Source of the DNA: Candidatus Bathyarchaeota archaeon
GTDB taxonomy: Archaea; Thermoproteota; Bathyarchaeia; Bathyarchaeales; Bathycorpusculaceae
DNA: 64,000 nucleotides
NCBI GenBank assembly: GCA_963815095.1
Contig: CAWFFH010000007.1
Span: 32,001-96,000, forward strand
Reading direction: 5' to 3'
Part shown: positions 37,956 to 47,861 of the stretch, one piece after another
Layout of the letters: every line of letters begins with the position of its first letter
How positions within the stretch are numbered: the first letter of the stretch is position 1
The notes under the pieces: generated by a model
The model's database searches: none
Seen by the model: only the letters and a program-made list of their open reading frames with translations
What the model was told of the DNA's origin: nothing
Position numbers and translations under genes: made by a program

Positions 37956-40207
37956 TTGAGGAATTCATCAAAAACATAAAGCATATGCCGTCTTACAAAA
38001 AACAAATCGTGCATATAGAAAAACTGCCAGCCCAAGAAGCAAACTTTGGCGAACTGGAAAAGCCTCTGCCACAAAAATTGCAAACTTGCATGCTGAACCG
38101 AAATATCAGTCTCTATTCTCACCAAGCCCAAGCCATTAACATAGCAAGACAAGGTAAAAACGTAGTTATTGCTACACCAACAGCCTCAGGGAAAACCTTA
38201 GCGTTTAACATCCCAGTCATAGAAGCCCTAACAAACGACAAGAAAGCAACAGCACTATACCTCTACCCGACAAAAGCCTTATCAAACGATCAACTCAAGG
38301 TTCTAAAGGAACTCGAAAAAGACATAGGCATCAAAGCAGATCCGAATGTTTACGATGGAGATACGCCTCAACATCAAAGAGCAAGCATACGCGAAAACTC
38401 AAGAATCATTCTAACTAATCCATATGGGCTTCACCAGTATCTTCCTTGGCATTACAAATGGCGAAGCTTCCTCCAAAATCTCAAATTTATTGTAATCGAT
38501 GAAGCGCACGTTTACCGGGGAATATTTGGATCCAACTTTGCCATGCTTCTAAGACGGCTTTTGCGAATCTGCAATTTTTACCACGCAAACCCCCAAATCA
38601 TACTCTCCTCTGCCACAATCGCAAACCCCCAAGAACACGCAAAAAGACTCACCGGCAAAGACTTTGAAGTAGTCTCAAAGGATGGCTCTCCCAGAGGACA
38701 GAAAACCTTTGTTTTCTGGAACCCACCCTTCATAGACGCAGCCAATACAGTGCGTAGGTCAACCCATCAAGAAACCAAAGACCTCCTAACCCTCAACATT
38801 GTAAAAAACTTGCAAACTCTATGTTTTACCACATCCAGACAAATGGCTGAATTAATTACGCGATGGACCAAAGAAGAACTCACCCAAAGATCAAAGTCAC
38901 CCAGTATTGTAACGGCTTATCGAGCAGGGTATTTGCCCCAAGAACGTCGTGAAATAGAAAACCGACTAAAAAACAAAAACCTAATCGGCGTAGTCTCAAC
39001 CAACGCATTGGAACTTGGAATAAATATTGGCTCTCTTGATTCCGTCATAATTTCGGGTTATCCCGGAACCGTCATTTCCGCTTGGCAACAAGCGGGACGA
39101 GCAGGCAGAACCAGCTCCGATTCAATAGTAACTTTAGTTGCCTTCCAAAACCCCCTGGACCAATACTTCATGAAGCATCCCGACGACTTCTTTGGAAGAC
39201 CCCACGAACAAGCCATAATCGACCTTCACAATCAATACATCTCACTGGGACACATAATGTGCGCCTCAAGCGAACTACCCATAACAGACGGAGACAAACA
39301 ATTCTTCCCCGAACTGCTCCAAGAAAGCATTCAAGCCCTCGAAAAAGAAAACCTGATCCGAAAAACACCAAGAGGATGGGTCTACTCAGGAACCGCAAGA
39401 ACAACCGAAGTTGTTAGTCTAGAAAGCCTCTCTCATCAAACGGTCACAGTGACCTGCAACGGAAACCTACTAGAAACACTCACATTAAACAAAGCTTACG
39501 AAGAAGCCCACGCAGGCGCGGTCTTGCTTCATCAAGGAGAAACCTACATTTCAGAAGAATTGGACTTAAACCAATTGGTTGCCAAGGTTAGGCAAGAAAA
39601 CGTCAACTACTATACTGAAGCACTAAAGGACGTGGATGTTGCCATCGAAAAAAACCTTGAAGAAAAAAACTGCGGAGTAAAAATTGGGCTTGGAGAGTTA
39701 AGTATAACTGAAGTATACAATACCTACGTTACTAAAACGTATGATGAAGTTATCAAGCGAACACCGCTGAGTCTTCCGCCTCTGTCTTTCTCGACGGTTG
39801 GCATGTGGTTTATCGTTCCTGACACAATAAGACAAGAAATTGAAGAGCAAGGACTCGATTTTGCTGGAGGCATTCACGCAGTTGAACATGCAATGATTGG
39901 GATGTCTCCCATTTTCGCGATGTGTGATAGATGGGACATTGGAGGATTATCTACTCCTCTTCATCGGGATACGGGGGAGGCAACAATTTTCATATACGAC
40001 GGCTTTGAAGGCGGCATCGGTATCTCAGAAACCCTTTATGCAAACATAAAACCCCTCTGGGAAAAAACCCTCGAATTAATTGACAACTGTGAATGCCAAG
40101 ACGGCTGTCCCTCATGCATTTATTCGCCAAAATGTGGAAACGAAAACAAGCCCTTAGACAAAAAAGCCGCCAAGATTATTTTGAGAAGTCTTTGCAAATC
40201 GATATAA
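37952..40207 (+). CDS. YprA/MrfA/Hrq1-family DEAH helicase with DUF1998
   Basis: TPTASGKT, DEAH, QQAGRAGR, IYDGFEGGIG, CECQDGCPSC...PKC. Confidence 0.95.
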   Translation: MIEEFIKNIKHMPSYKKQIVHIEKLPAQEANFGELEKPLPQKLQTCMLNRNISLYSHQAQAINIARQGKNVVIATPTASGKTLAFNIPVIEALTNDKKATALYLYPTKALSNDQLKVLKELEKDIGIKADPNVYDGDTPQHQRASIRENSRIILTNPYGLHQYLPWHYKWRSFLQNLKFIVIDEAHVYRGIFGSNFAMLLRRLLRICNFYHANPQIILSSATIANPQEHAKRLTGKDFEVVSKDGSPRGQKTFVFWNPPFIDAANTVRRSTHQETKDLLTLNIVKNLQTLCFTTSRQMAELITRWTKEELTQRSKSPSIVTAYRAGYLPQERREIENRLKNKNLIGVVSTNALELGINIGSLDSVIISGYPGTVISAWQQAGRAGRTSSDSIVTLVAFQNPLDQYFMKHPDDFFGRPHEQAIIDLHNQYISLGHIMCASSELPITDGDKQFFPELLQESIQALEKENLIRKTPRGWVYSGTARTTEVVSLESLSHQTVTVTCNGNLLETLTLNKAYEEAHAGAVLLHQGETYISEELDLNQLVAKVRQENVNYYTEALKDVDVAIEKNLEEKNCGVKIGLGELSITEVYNTYVTKTYDEVIKRTPLSLPPLSFSTVGMWFIVPDTIRQEIEEQGLDFAGGIHAVEHAMIGMSPIFAMCDRWDIGGLSTPLHRDTGEATIFIYDGFEGGIGISETLYANIKPLWEKTLELIDNCECQDGCPSCIYSPKCGNENKPLDKKAAKIILRSLCKSI

Positions 40208-40300
40208 ACCTCGCTTGCTCGTATTATTTCAGAAAGCAATATTCTCTTAGAAATAAATGTAGTCAAACCTTATTTGTTCGGTAGTCTTACTTTCACAATT

Positions 40301-40894
40301 ATGATTCTGCAAGAATCTTTCTATCAAAGGGATACAATTACCGTTGCGAAAGAGCTTTTGGGAAAAATTTTAGTTCATGAAACCAAAGAAGGCATCACGT
40401 CTGGCAGAATAGTTGAGACAGAAGCCTATCACGGACCTGAAGATCAAGCAGCCCACAGTTATGGTGGTCGAAAAACAGCTAGAAATGAAGTTATGTTTGG
40501 TCAAAAAGGTCGCGCCTATGTTTATTTTATTTATGGATTATATTACTGTATTAACGTAATTACTGGCAATTTGCCGGGAAAACCGGAGGCGGTTCTTATT
40601 AGAGCTCTCGAACCGATAGCAGGCGAAGAAATTATGGAAAAACGCCGCGGTAAACAAATAAAATTTGTTAACCTGACAAATGGCCCAAGCAAATTATGCA
40701 TGGCAATGAATATATCAAAAGCTCAAAACAAAACAAACCTAACAGCTCGGCCACTGTACATTAAAGATGCACCACAAGTTCCGAGAGATGATATAATGGA
40801 AACTACTCGTGTGGGCGTAGATTATTCAGGTGAATGGAAAAACAAGCCTTGGCGATTCTACATTAGAAACAACAAATTTGTTTCGGTAAAATGA
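40301..40894 (+). CDS. mpg: 3-methyladenine DNA glycosylase (MPG/AAG family)
   Basis: GRIVETEAY, YVYFIYGLY, AVLIRALEP, NGPSKLC, PWRF. Confidence 0.95.
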   Translation: MILQESFYQRDTITVAKELLGKILVHETKEGITSGRIVETEAYHGPEDQAAHSYGGRKTARNEVMFGQKGRAYVYFIYGLYYCINVITGNLPGKPEAVLIRALEPIAGEEIMEKRRGKQIKFVNLTNGPSKLCMAMNISKAQNKTNLTARPLYIKDAPQVPRDDIMETTRVGVDYSGEWKNKPWRFYIRNNKFVSVK

Positions 40895-40983
40895 GGTTTC
40901 GCAATTCAAACTAAATCGCACTAAATATCCGTTTGCCGTTTGATCCTTAAGGTGTTTTAACGACTCCTCCTAAAAGTCCGTTG

Positions 40984-42213
40984 TTATATTATGAAGGGTA
41001 ACAAAGTAACTAACAAGACAAGAATAACACAAGCAACGGTTGTCCCAATAGTTATTGAATGGATAGCTTTTTCATTTATTCTCTTACCGAGGGCCCTTTT
41101 CAAAGTGATGTCAAAGATTCTGCCTCCGTCCAAGGGATATATTGGTAACGCATTGAAGATTGCAAGGTTGAAGTTGACAAACCAGATCCAAAAAAGCGTG
41201 TTGGCAACGATTTGCCACTGCGGAACCGAGCTTGAATAGAAGGTCCCCAAAAAATCAGAGAATGGCACAACCCCGGAAGCTAAGGTCGGTGGAACAATGT
41301 ATATGGCAAGCTGCTCTATCGAGAAGGTTTTGTAGTTTTCTAATCTTTGCTGGGTAAAAAGGTCAAAGCTGGTTATTCCCATTATGGTCCGGTTCCCATC
41401 TGAAGTTAGATTGACTGTTGTAGAGTATCTGTCCAGCCAATGTTCACCCCTGGCCACTGATACTTGAATTAGATCTCCCGCCGTCTTATTGTCAAGGATG
41501 GCTCTTAGCTGTGTGGTGTTGCTGATTGTTATGTTGTCGATGGAGACAAAGACATCTTTTGGCATAAGCCCTGCAGCCTGAGCCGGCAAGCCACTTGAAA
41601 CATCATTAACATAAACCCCGTCGATGACTGGAGACAAGCTCCCAACCAAAAGCAAAACACCCAAAAGGCAAACAGCAGCTAAAATGATGTTTGCGCCAAC
41701 TCCACCAGCCATAACTTTTAGAGCAGGGCGAGGTTTCGCCTTCTTTATTTGCTCCTCATCCACATCCACAAAAGCGCCGATGGGAATAAACAAAAAAAAC
41801 AATAAACCACTTGACTTAACATTAAACCCTACGTTTCTGGCTATAACCCCATGTGCACCTTCATGAATCGCGATTGCGATTACTATCGCAATCCACCCAT
41901 AAACTATGGGAAGCAAAGGGTTGATTCCAGGCAGCAACAGAACTGATCCTGGTCCCAACTGCCGAACTGCTTGACCCACACCTGGATTAGAGAGTACACC
42001 AAAGAGGCTGTTGACCAAAAGGTAGAGCGCGAATCCAGCAACCAATGGTACAAGTATCAAGCTTACCCACGAAAAATATCGTGAGGCACGCAAAACCCCC
42101 ATCCTGTTAAAGATGGCTTCAAACCGTTTTGTTCTAATAATTAGAATTGGAAAATTAAATTCAATTCTTTTCTGCTTAGCATTTTGCTCTTCGCTTTCGT
42201 TACTAGATGCCAA
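40984..42213 (-). CDS. Site-2 protease (M50) with PDZ domain
   Basis: IHEGAHG, GAFVD, NALPIYPLDGG. Confidence 0.93.
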   Translation of the reverse strand: MASSNESEEQNAKQKRIEFNFPILIIRTKRFEAIFNRMGVLRASRYFSWVSLILVPLVAGFALYLLVNSLFGVLSNPGVGQAVRQLGPGSVLLLPGINPLLPIVYGWIAIVIAIAIHEGAHGVIARNVGFNVKSSGLLFFLFIPIGAFVDVDEEQIKKAKPRPALKVMAGGVGANIILAAVCLLGVLLLVGSLSPVIDGVYVNDVSSGLPAQAAGLMPKDVFVSIDNITISNTTQLRAILDNKTAGDLIQVSVARGEHWLDRYSTTVNLTSDGNRTIMGITSFDLFTQQRLENYKTFSIEQLAIYIVPPTLASGVVPFSDFLGTFYSSSVPQWQIVANTLFWIWFVNFNLAIFNALPIYPLDGGRIFDITLKRALGKRINEKAIHSITIGTTVACVILVLLVTLLPFII

Positions 42214-42491
42214 ATCAACAATCGCTCGACTACTCTAAACCTTATTACTAAAAAATAAACTTTTATCGCCAAAATAAAAAAACACTAAAAGATGTTGGAT
42301 AACTGGTAAAAAAAGGCGGTCAACCGTTCAAGTGCATAACATTATCGACTTAGATAAATATGCCAAGATTTTGCAAAGGGCAAATCATGCAAAAAAAGAT
42401 CAATTCGGATAGAACTTAACCGTTTATTACCTTAAACGTTAAATCTGCATAACGATAACTTGCTTGATACCAAATGTTATGAGGTAATATT

Positions 42492-43055
42492 TTGACAAAG
42501 ATCGAGTATGTTTGTAGAAAATGTGGAAAAGTGGTAACCTCTGAACAGTTTAAGTTAAGCTGTTTCTGCCCTGATGTTAACTGCAAAACATCACTTTATC
42601 CAAAACCTCAACCCAAGCATTGGCTTTTCCAATTTAATCCCTACACCTACAAATGGATAGATAGAATAAAAGAAACGCAAGAACCAGAACAGTGGCTGTT
42701 AAGCCAATATGCCAAACTAATCCAGAAAGGAGACTTAATTGCAATTTGGGGTTCAAACCACAACGGAGGCATCTATGCCTTGGGCAATATAATCACTAAT
42801 CCCGCCACGAAACCCCTAAACCCCAACCAAATAAAGTATTTTTCAGACTTAGCCTATGTGGCAAAGTTTTTGGAAAAACGTAGCGTTATGGTTGAGTACT
42901 TTAAATTCTCGGGAGAGAGACCGCTTCTTGAGCAAGGTGTATGCAGTGAAGATAAAATGTTGAGTGATTTACAGGTTTTTATGAATCCCCAAGGAACAAA
43001 CTTTCGACTAAGTTCCGAGCAATGGGACAGAATCTTTGGCTTACAAAAAAAGTGA
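42492..43055 (+). CDS. EVE-domain protein with N-terminal zinc ribbon
   Basis: WLFQFNP...IQKGDLIAIW...GIYALG...QGTNFRLSSEQW. Confidence 0.8.
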   Translation: MTKIEYVCRKCGKVVTSEQFKLSCFCPDVNCKTSLYPKPQPKHWLFQFNPYTYKWIDRIKETQEPEQWLLSQYAKLIQKGDLIAIWGSNHNGGIYALGNIITNPATKPLNPNQIKYFSDLAYVAKFLEKRSVMVEYFKFSGERPLLEQGVCSEDKMLSDLQVFMNPQGTNFRLSSEQWDRIFGLQKK

Positions 43056-43396
43056 AGTTAGAATAATAATACTCGATACCAAATAGTAAACAACGATTTT
43101 TCCGAGCATTCCTTTAAGAGCAATCGCCATACTGATCTTGAGCTAAATAACTAATATAACAAGAGTCCATAACCACAAAGAAAGGTTGAATTTGGGTAAA
43201 CCCCTAAATACATTTCATAAAAATATGAACTATAGACAAAACCATGCGATTTACTTTTAGACATGACTGGCAGAAACCAGTGTTTCATTGCCCTAGCTAA
43301 AGCCGATGTCATGAATGAACTTGCCGGAAAAATCCTTCAAAGTACTTGAAACCTCGGCGGAAGAAAAACTCAAGAATAGCAAGTAGAGGAAACGAA

Positions 43397-43894
43397 ATGT
43401 TCAGAGACCCTCAAGAAATGCGCAGAAGACTCCAAGAGATAATAGAGAAGTTCCGCCAAAAAGACGCAACCAGCCCAGAAAAAGCCCTCACCGTTGAACA
43501 ATTGGAGTTACCGCCTCGTTTCGAACAAGCCATGAATCGAAGACTTGGTCAAACAGGCATATTTGTTGAAGCTAACGGCAAATACTACCTCAACGAAGAT
43601 AGACTGAGGCAAATCCAGCAAGAACGCGCCAACTCAAGAGGCGGCGACGGAGGAATTGGAGATCGGCCCTCATCTTGGTTACGGTACGCAGGGATTCTTC
43701 TTATGCTTCCGTTTGGAATCATAGTTGTGGTTTTGCTTTACATCTCTCTGAGTTTAACTGGTGCAAAATATTATCCGGGAGAATTCTTGATTGTCATTTT
43801 GATTGTTATGCTAGCCGTGTTTGTGGCTCGTATGCTGCTTTGGAGATCAAGAAGAAGATATTATCAAAACTGGCGAAACGAATCCCCATTTTAA
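43397..43894 (+). CDS. Membrane protein with N-terminal soluble domain
   Basis: ATSPEKA...GKYYLNE then two TM helices. Confidence 0.75.
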   Translation: MFRDPQEMRRRLQEIIEKFRQKDATSPEKALTVEQLELPPRFEQAMNRRLGQTGIFVEANGKYYLNEDRLRQIQQERANSRGGDGGIGDRPSSWLRYAGILLMLPFGIIVVVLLYISLSLTGAKYYPGEFLIVILIVMLAVFVARMLLWRSRRRYYQNWRNESPF

Positions 43895-44142
43895 AAGTGA
43901 TATTGCTGCAACTCATTCCGCACAACGGTTAAAACAACAAACAAATAAAAAAATATGCCCAAAAATTGTCAGTGATGTAAAATAAGGCATAATGCACATG
44001 AATTTTAAGGTTTTAATTAATCATGTATAATAACCACGCTGTTTTATTAATATAATTGCGCGGATCGCATTATAGTTTTTAAGCCTTAAATCGGGTTTTT
44101 ATGATTTAGTGACTTTCTGAGCAAGGAAAAGTAATACGAAAA

Positions 44143-45108
44143 ATGACAGTAACTCAAGTTAAAGTAAATGAAGAAGGTCCAAAAGTACGTCAGCGCTTTG
44201 CTGAAAAGTGCCCTGAATGTGAGAGCAAAAACCTCGTTCACGACTATGATTCAGGGGAAACTATTTGCGGTGATTGTGGTCTTGTTCTCTATGAGCAGAT
44301 GTTGGATAAGGGTCCCGAATGGCGCGCTTTTACGATGGAAGAAAAAGCCTCAAGAAGCCGCGTTGGAATGCCCACATCATATTCAATTCATGACAAAGGA
44401 TTATCAACAACTATAAGCCAAGTGGACCGTGATGCGTTTGGAAGAAAACTGCCTCTATCTACTAGGTTGCAGATGTGGCGCCTTCGTAAATGGCAAATAC
44501 GCAGCCGCGTCCACTCATCCGTCGACCGCAACCTCGCACAAGCTATGAGTGAACTTGAACGGTTGTCAAGCAAAGTCTCCATCGCACCACCAATAAGAGA
44601 AAAAGCAGCTGTCGTCTACAGAAAAGCACTCGACAAAGGCTTAGTCCGAGGCAGATCAATCAACGCAATCGCTGCAGCGGCACTTTACGCAGCTTGCCGC
44701 CAAAGTGGAAGTCCCAGAACCCTTCGCGAAATAGCCGAGGCAAGTCTTGTTGATAAGAAAGATGTCGCACGTTGCTATAGGCTGCTGTTGCAAGAACTCA
44801 ACATACATATGCCAATTGCCGATTCATTAACGTACGTTTCAAAGATTGCAGAGAAGAATGGTGTGTCAGGTAAAACTCAGGGCGCAGCTATTGCTATTCT
44901 TGGTGAAGCTAGGCGAAAACGTTTTGCAGCTGGAAAAGACCCAACGGGATTGGCTGCTGCTGCACTCTACATAGCTTGCCTACAAAATAACGAAAAAATA
45001 ACGCAAAAAGACATTGCGGAAGCAGCTGGAGTCACAGAAGTCACAGTTAGAAACAGATACAAATCACTTAAGAGGCAATTAAACATCGAAATACCTGAAA
45101 GAGCTTAA
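44143..45108 (+). CDS. tfb: Transcription initiation factor IIB
   Basis: CPEC...CGDCG zinc ribbon, GPEWRAF, two cyclin repeats, VTEVTVRNRYK. Confidence 0.97.
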   Translation: MTVTQVKVNEEGPKVRQRFAEKCPECESKNLVHDYDSGETICGDCGLVLYEQMLDKGPEWRAFTMEEKASRSRVGMPTSYSIHDKGLSTTISQVDRDAFGRKLPLSTRLQMWRLRKWQIRSRVHSSVDRNLAQAMSELERLSSKVSIAPPIREKAAVVYRKALDKGLVRGRSINAIAAAALYAACRQSGSPRTLREIAEASLVDKKDVARCYRLLLQELNIHMPIADSLTYVSKIAEKNGVSGKTQGAAIAILGEARRKRFAAGKDPTGLAAAALYIACLQNNEKITQKDIAEAAGVTEVTVRNRYKSLKRQLNIEIPERA

Positions 45109-45190
45109 TTTTCTTTATCTTTTTCAACTAGCAAACGAATAGATCAAATTCAAATTATTCATACATCCAATTGCAGAAGATCCTTCGATT

Positions 45191-46123
45191 TTACTCCACA
45201 AATTGTTCTAGATATTGGATGATTAACTCGTAAGCACCTATACCATTTGGACCATATCTGTCATTATTGCGGTCACTTCTGATTATCGCTTCACCATCCA
45301 ATTCTCCGACAGGCTCGTTGTATTTGATTCTATAAACACAACGGATAACATTGTCGTCGCAAGCTTGAAACGTCAGTAAGGGATATTTTATCCCGGGCAA
45401 ATGCAAATCGTATTTTTCATCTGCTTTGGTCTCAATGATGAAATCTTTGGTCTCTTCTAGTCTTAGAAGACTCTGTAGCAATGATCCCTTATATAGCGGA
45501 AAACAAGATCGTTCCCTCAGGTCAGTGTTCTTTCTTACTTCTTCAATTTTCGAAGTCAACGTGTCTTTATCCCAAAGCTCGACACCCAACTTCCGTGCAT
45601 CAACTAGGGCTTGTTGAGAAAAATATGAGGAAGTTATAACAATTGATCTTGAGCATCCGAAGATACGCCCCGCTTCTTCAGTTTTTAAAACGATTACATT
45701 CGAAACTTTGCTTTCCTTTGGGCATCTTCTGGCCAAAATTACAATTTTCTGGTCATCCTTCGAGGCTACAACCTCAATCCCTAAATCAGCTTCATATTTC
45801 CCAGGATGAACTTCATAACCCAATTCTTCAAGTAGCCATTTAGTAAAAAGTTCGAACTCCTTCTCCGAAAGTCTTTCAACTGAATAAACACCTGTTTTCG
45901 AGGAAATCTTTGGGTTATTCGATTTTTCCAAGTTTTCTACTTCATAATCTGTTTCTATTTTGCTCAAAACCTTCAAGCAATATTCTTTCTCAATTCTTGC
46001 AGCTAATTCCTCTGCTTTAAACGTGGGCAGCTGAAGTTTCTCTTGTAAAAAATCTACTACATCGATGTTTGGGTACCGCTCAATGATCTCATTTAAGACA
46101 CCGTTAAACCTCAAATAACTCAT
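45191..46123 (-). CDS. Mrr-like restriction endonuclease domain protein, catalytic site apparently degenerate
   Basis: LSEKEFELFTKWLLEELGYEV...ADLGIEVVA...VITSSYFSQQA...VELWDKDTL. Confidence 0.8.
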   Translation of the reverse strand: MSYLRFNGVLNEIIERYPNIDVVDFLQEKLQLPTFKAEELAARIEKEYCLKVLSKIETDYEVENLEKSNNPKISSKTGVYSVERLSEKEFELFTKWLLEELGYEVHPGKYEADLGIEVVASKDDQKIVILARRCPKESKVSNVIVLKTEEAGRIFGCSRSIVITSSYFSQQALVDARKLGVELWDKDTLTSKIEEVRKNTDLRERSCFPLYKGSLLQSLLRLEETKDFIIETKADEKYDLHLPGIKYPLLTFQACDDNVIRCVYRIKYNEPVGELDGEAIIRSDRNNDRYGPNGIGAYELIIQYLEQFVE

Positions 46124-46124
46124 C

Positions 46125-47861
46125 TTAACGCTCCCTTAACTTGTCTAAGAACGAAATGGATTTTTGATAAACAACGTTATCGTTCTCAATAATGTATAAC
46201 GCGTTTGAAAATAGGCTTTTTGCTACTATAATTGCGTTTAGAGCATTTTTTCCTACTAACCACTTTGTTGTTTTTTGTTGAGAACTATCAAAATTTTGAA
46301 CAATAAGGGTAAGTGCTGGGTCATTTGTTTCCTTTAGGTTATTACAAGCTTGACACCTATCGTCAATTAGTGCTTTGGTGGAGTATTCCTGCTGGCACAA
46401 AGAACATTTTGTAAAGGTCATACATTTGATGCACCATATTTTTCCAGTTGCTTTGCAAAGCTTACTCTCAGAAAGTGCAATAGTTGTTTGACAGGTTTCA
46501 CATTTAACCATGTGGGTAGGGCATAATTGTCGTTTGAATTCTTCTGTGTAGGCAAGGTTAAGTTTTGAAAACACTTTTCCACATTGATCGCAAAGTCCAT
46601 AATGCTGGATGCATACGCTTGAATTATCATGACTACATTTGAACTCCAGCAACCGACTGTGCCTCTTTCCACAAACCGAGCAGACAAATCCCGAATCATG
46701 TTCAAAGTACTCTTTCAACGTTTCATCCAACGTTAAAGCTGCTTTTTTCGAATAAAATTTCCCAGTATCTACGGATTGTCTAACGCAGCCCTTGCAGACA
46801 TAGAGCGCATCTTGCGTCGCGTACCCCTCAAAGAAAGTTTTTCGGCATATGGGGCAAGTAACTTCCGAAGCATGGTTGACGCCTAAGATAAGAGAGGAAT
46901 GTATGGTTGAATTATTATCAAGGTTTACTTCGAATCTGATCTTAGCTGTGTTGATTACAAGTAGATTGATGAATTTTATGGATACGTTGGTTATGTATGA
47001 TTCTTCTTCTCTTTTTAGGAGTTTTTCATAGTTGGCTTGCCATTGGAGTACGTCAAAATCATGTTTTCTTGATATTACTTTTTCTCGGCGTTCCCTTCTA
47101 AGTCTCTTGTCAAAGCTTCTTAGTTTAGACTTTTTCTCCTTGCTAAGCGATAAATCAAAAAGAATCAACTTTTCCCTAACAATATCCTCTACCTTTTCCT
47201 CTGCAACCTCATTTAACTTATCAAAAACCATGGCTTCGAGTTTCGTTTTAAAATCTTGAATCTCTATCTCTTCATCGTTCAAAACATTATCTTCACTAAA
47301 ATCCCCTTCGCTAACAACATTGCCTTTCTCGTCTATCATTAATATGATTGTTTCTTCGTTTTTTGGTCTTAGTTTATTTTGGAATGTTGCAGAAAAATAA
47401 AATTGAAAATATCTAACTGGTTCTTTCTTTATTATTTTTGCGGAAACAATTTTTCCATTAATTATTTGATGGCGACATGGCGGGGTTTTCGTGCAAGAGG
47501 TGATTACTTCATCTCCTAAAGTTACCCTGTCACATTCTTCACAGGAAAAGGGCGAATCTTTAAAGTATTTATTCACTAATGTTTCAATTTTTTCTTTGGA
47601 GTTTAGTAAAACCTGGGATAGAACACCATTTTCTAAACATTCTTTTAGTATTTGCTGGAACGCTGGGCTCCCTGGTGTTAGCAAAGGTATTTTTTTCTCT
47701 CGTGACAATGCTGGTTGATAGGTGTATTCTTTGGGGTTTGTTTGATTTGGATAGGTTACTGTAAAGACATCATCAGTTTGTTCAATTATCTTGCCTTCTT
47801 TGGATTTGACATATGCCTTTATGAAACGGTCAATTTTTGTTTCAGAGTACTTTACGCTCAA
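46125..47861 (-). CDS. Cys-rich multi-zinc-finger protein (YqhG-like position)
   Basis: Coiled-coil middle, many CxxC/CxxH pairs in the C-terminal half; translationally coupled to SNF2. Confidence 0.7.
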   Translation of the reverse strand: MSVKYSETKIDRFIKAYVKSKEGKIIEQTDDVFTVTYPNQTNPKEYTYQPALSREKKIPLLTPGSPAFQQILKECLENGVLSQVLLNSKEKIETLVNKYFKDSPFSCEECDRVTLGDEVITSCTKTPPCRHQIINGKIVSAKIIKKEPVRYFQFYFSATFQNKLRPKNEETIILMIDEKGNVVSEGDFSEDNVLNDEEIEIQDFKTKLEAMVFDKLNEVAEEKVEDIVREKLILFDLSLSKEKKSKLRSFDKRLRRERREKVISRKHDFDVLQWQANYEKLLKREEESYITNVSIKFINLLVINTAKIRFEVNLDNNSTIHSSLILGVNHASEVTCPICRKTFFEGYATQDALYVCKGCVRQSVDTGKFYSKKAALTLDETLKEYFEHDSGFVCSVCGKRHSRLLEFKCSHDNSSVCIQHYGLCDQCGKVFSKLNLAYTEEFKRQLCPTHMVKCETCQTTIALSESKLCKATGKIWCIKCMTFTKCSLCQQEYSTKALIDDRCQACNNLKETNDPALTLIVQNFDSSQQKTTKWLVGKNALNAIIVAKSLFSNALYIIENDNVVYQKSISFLDKLRER

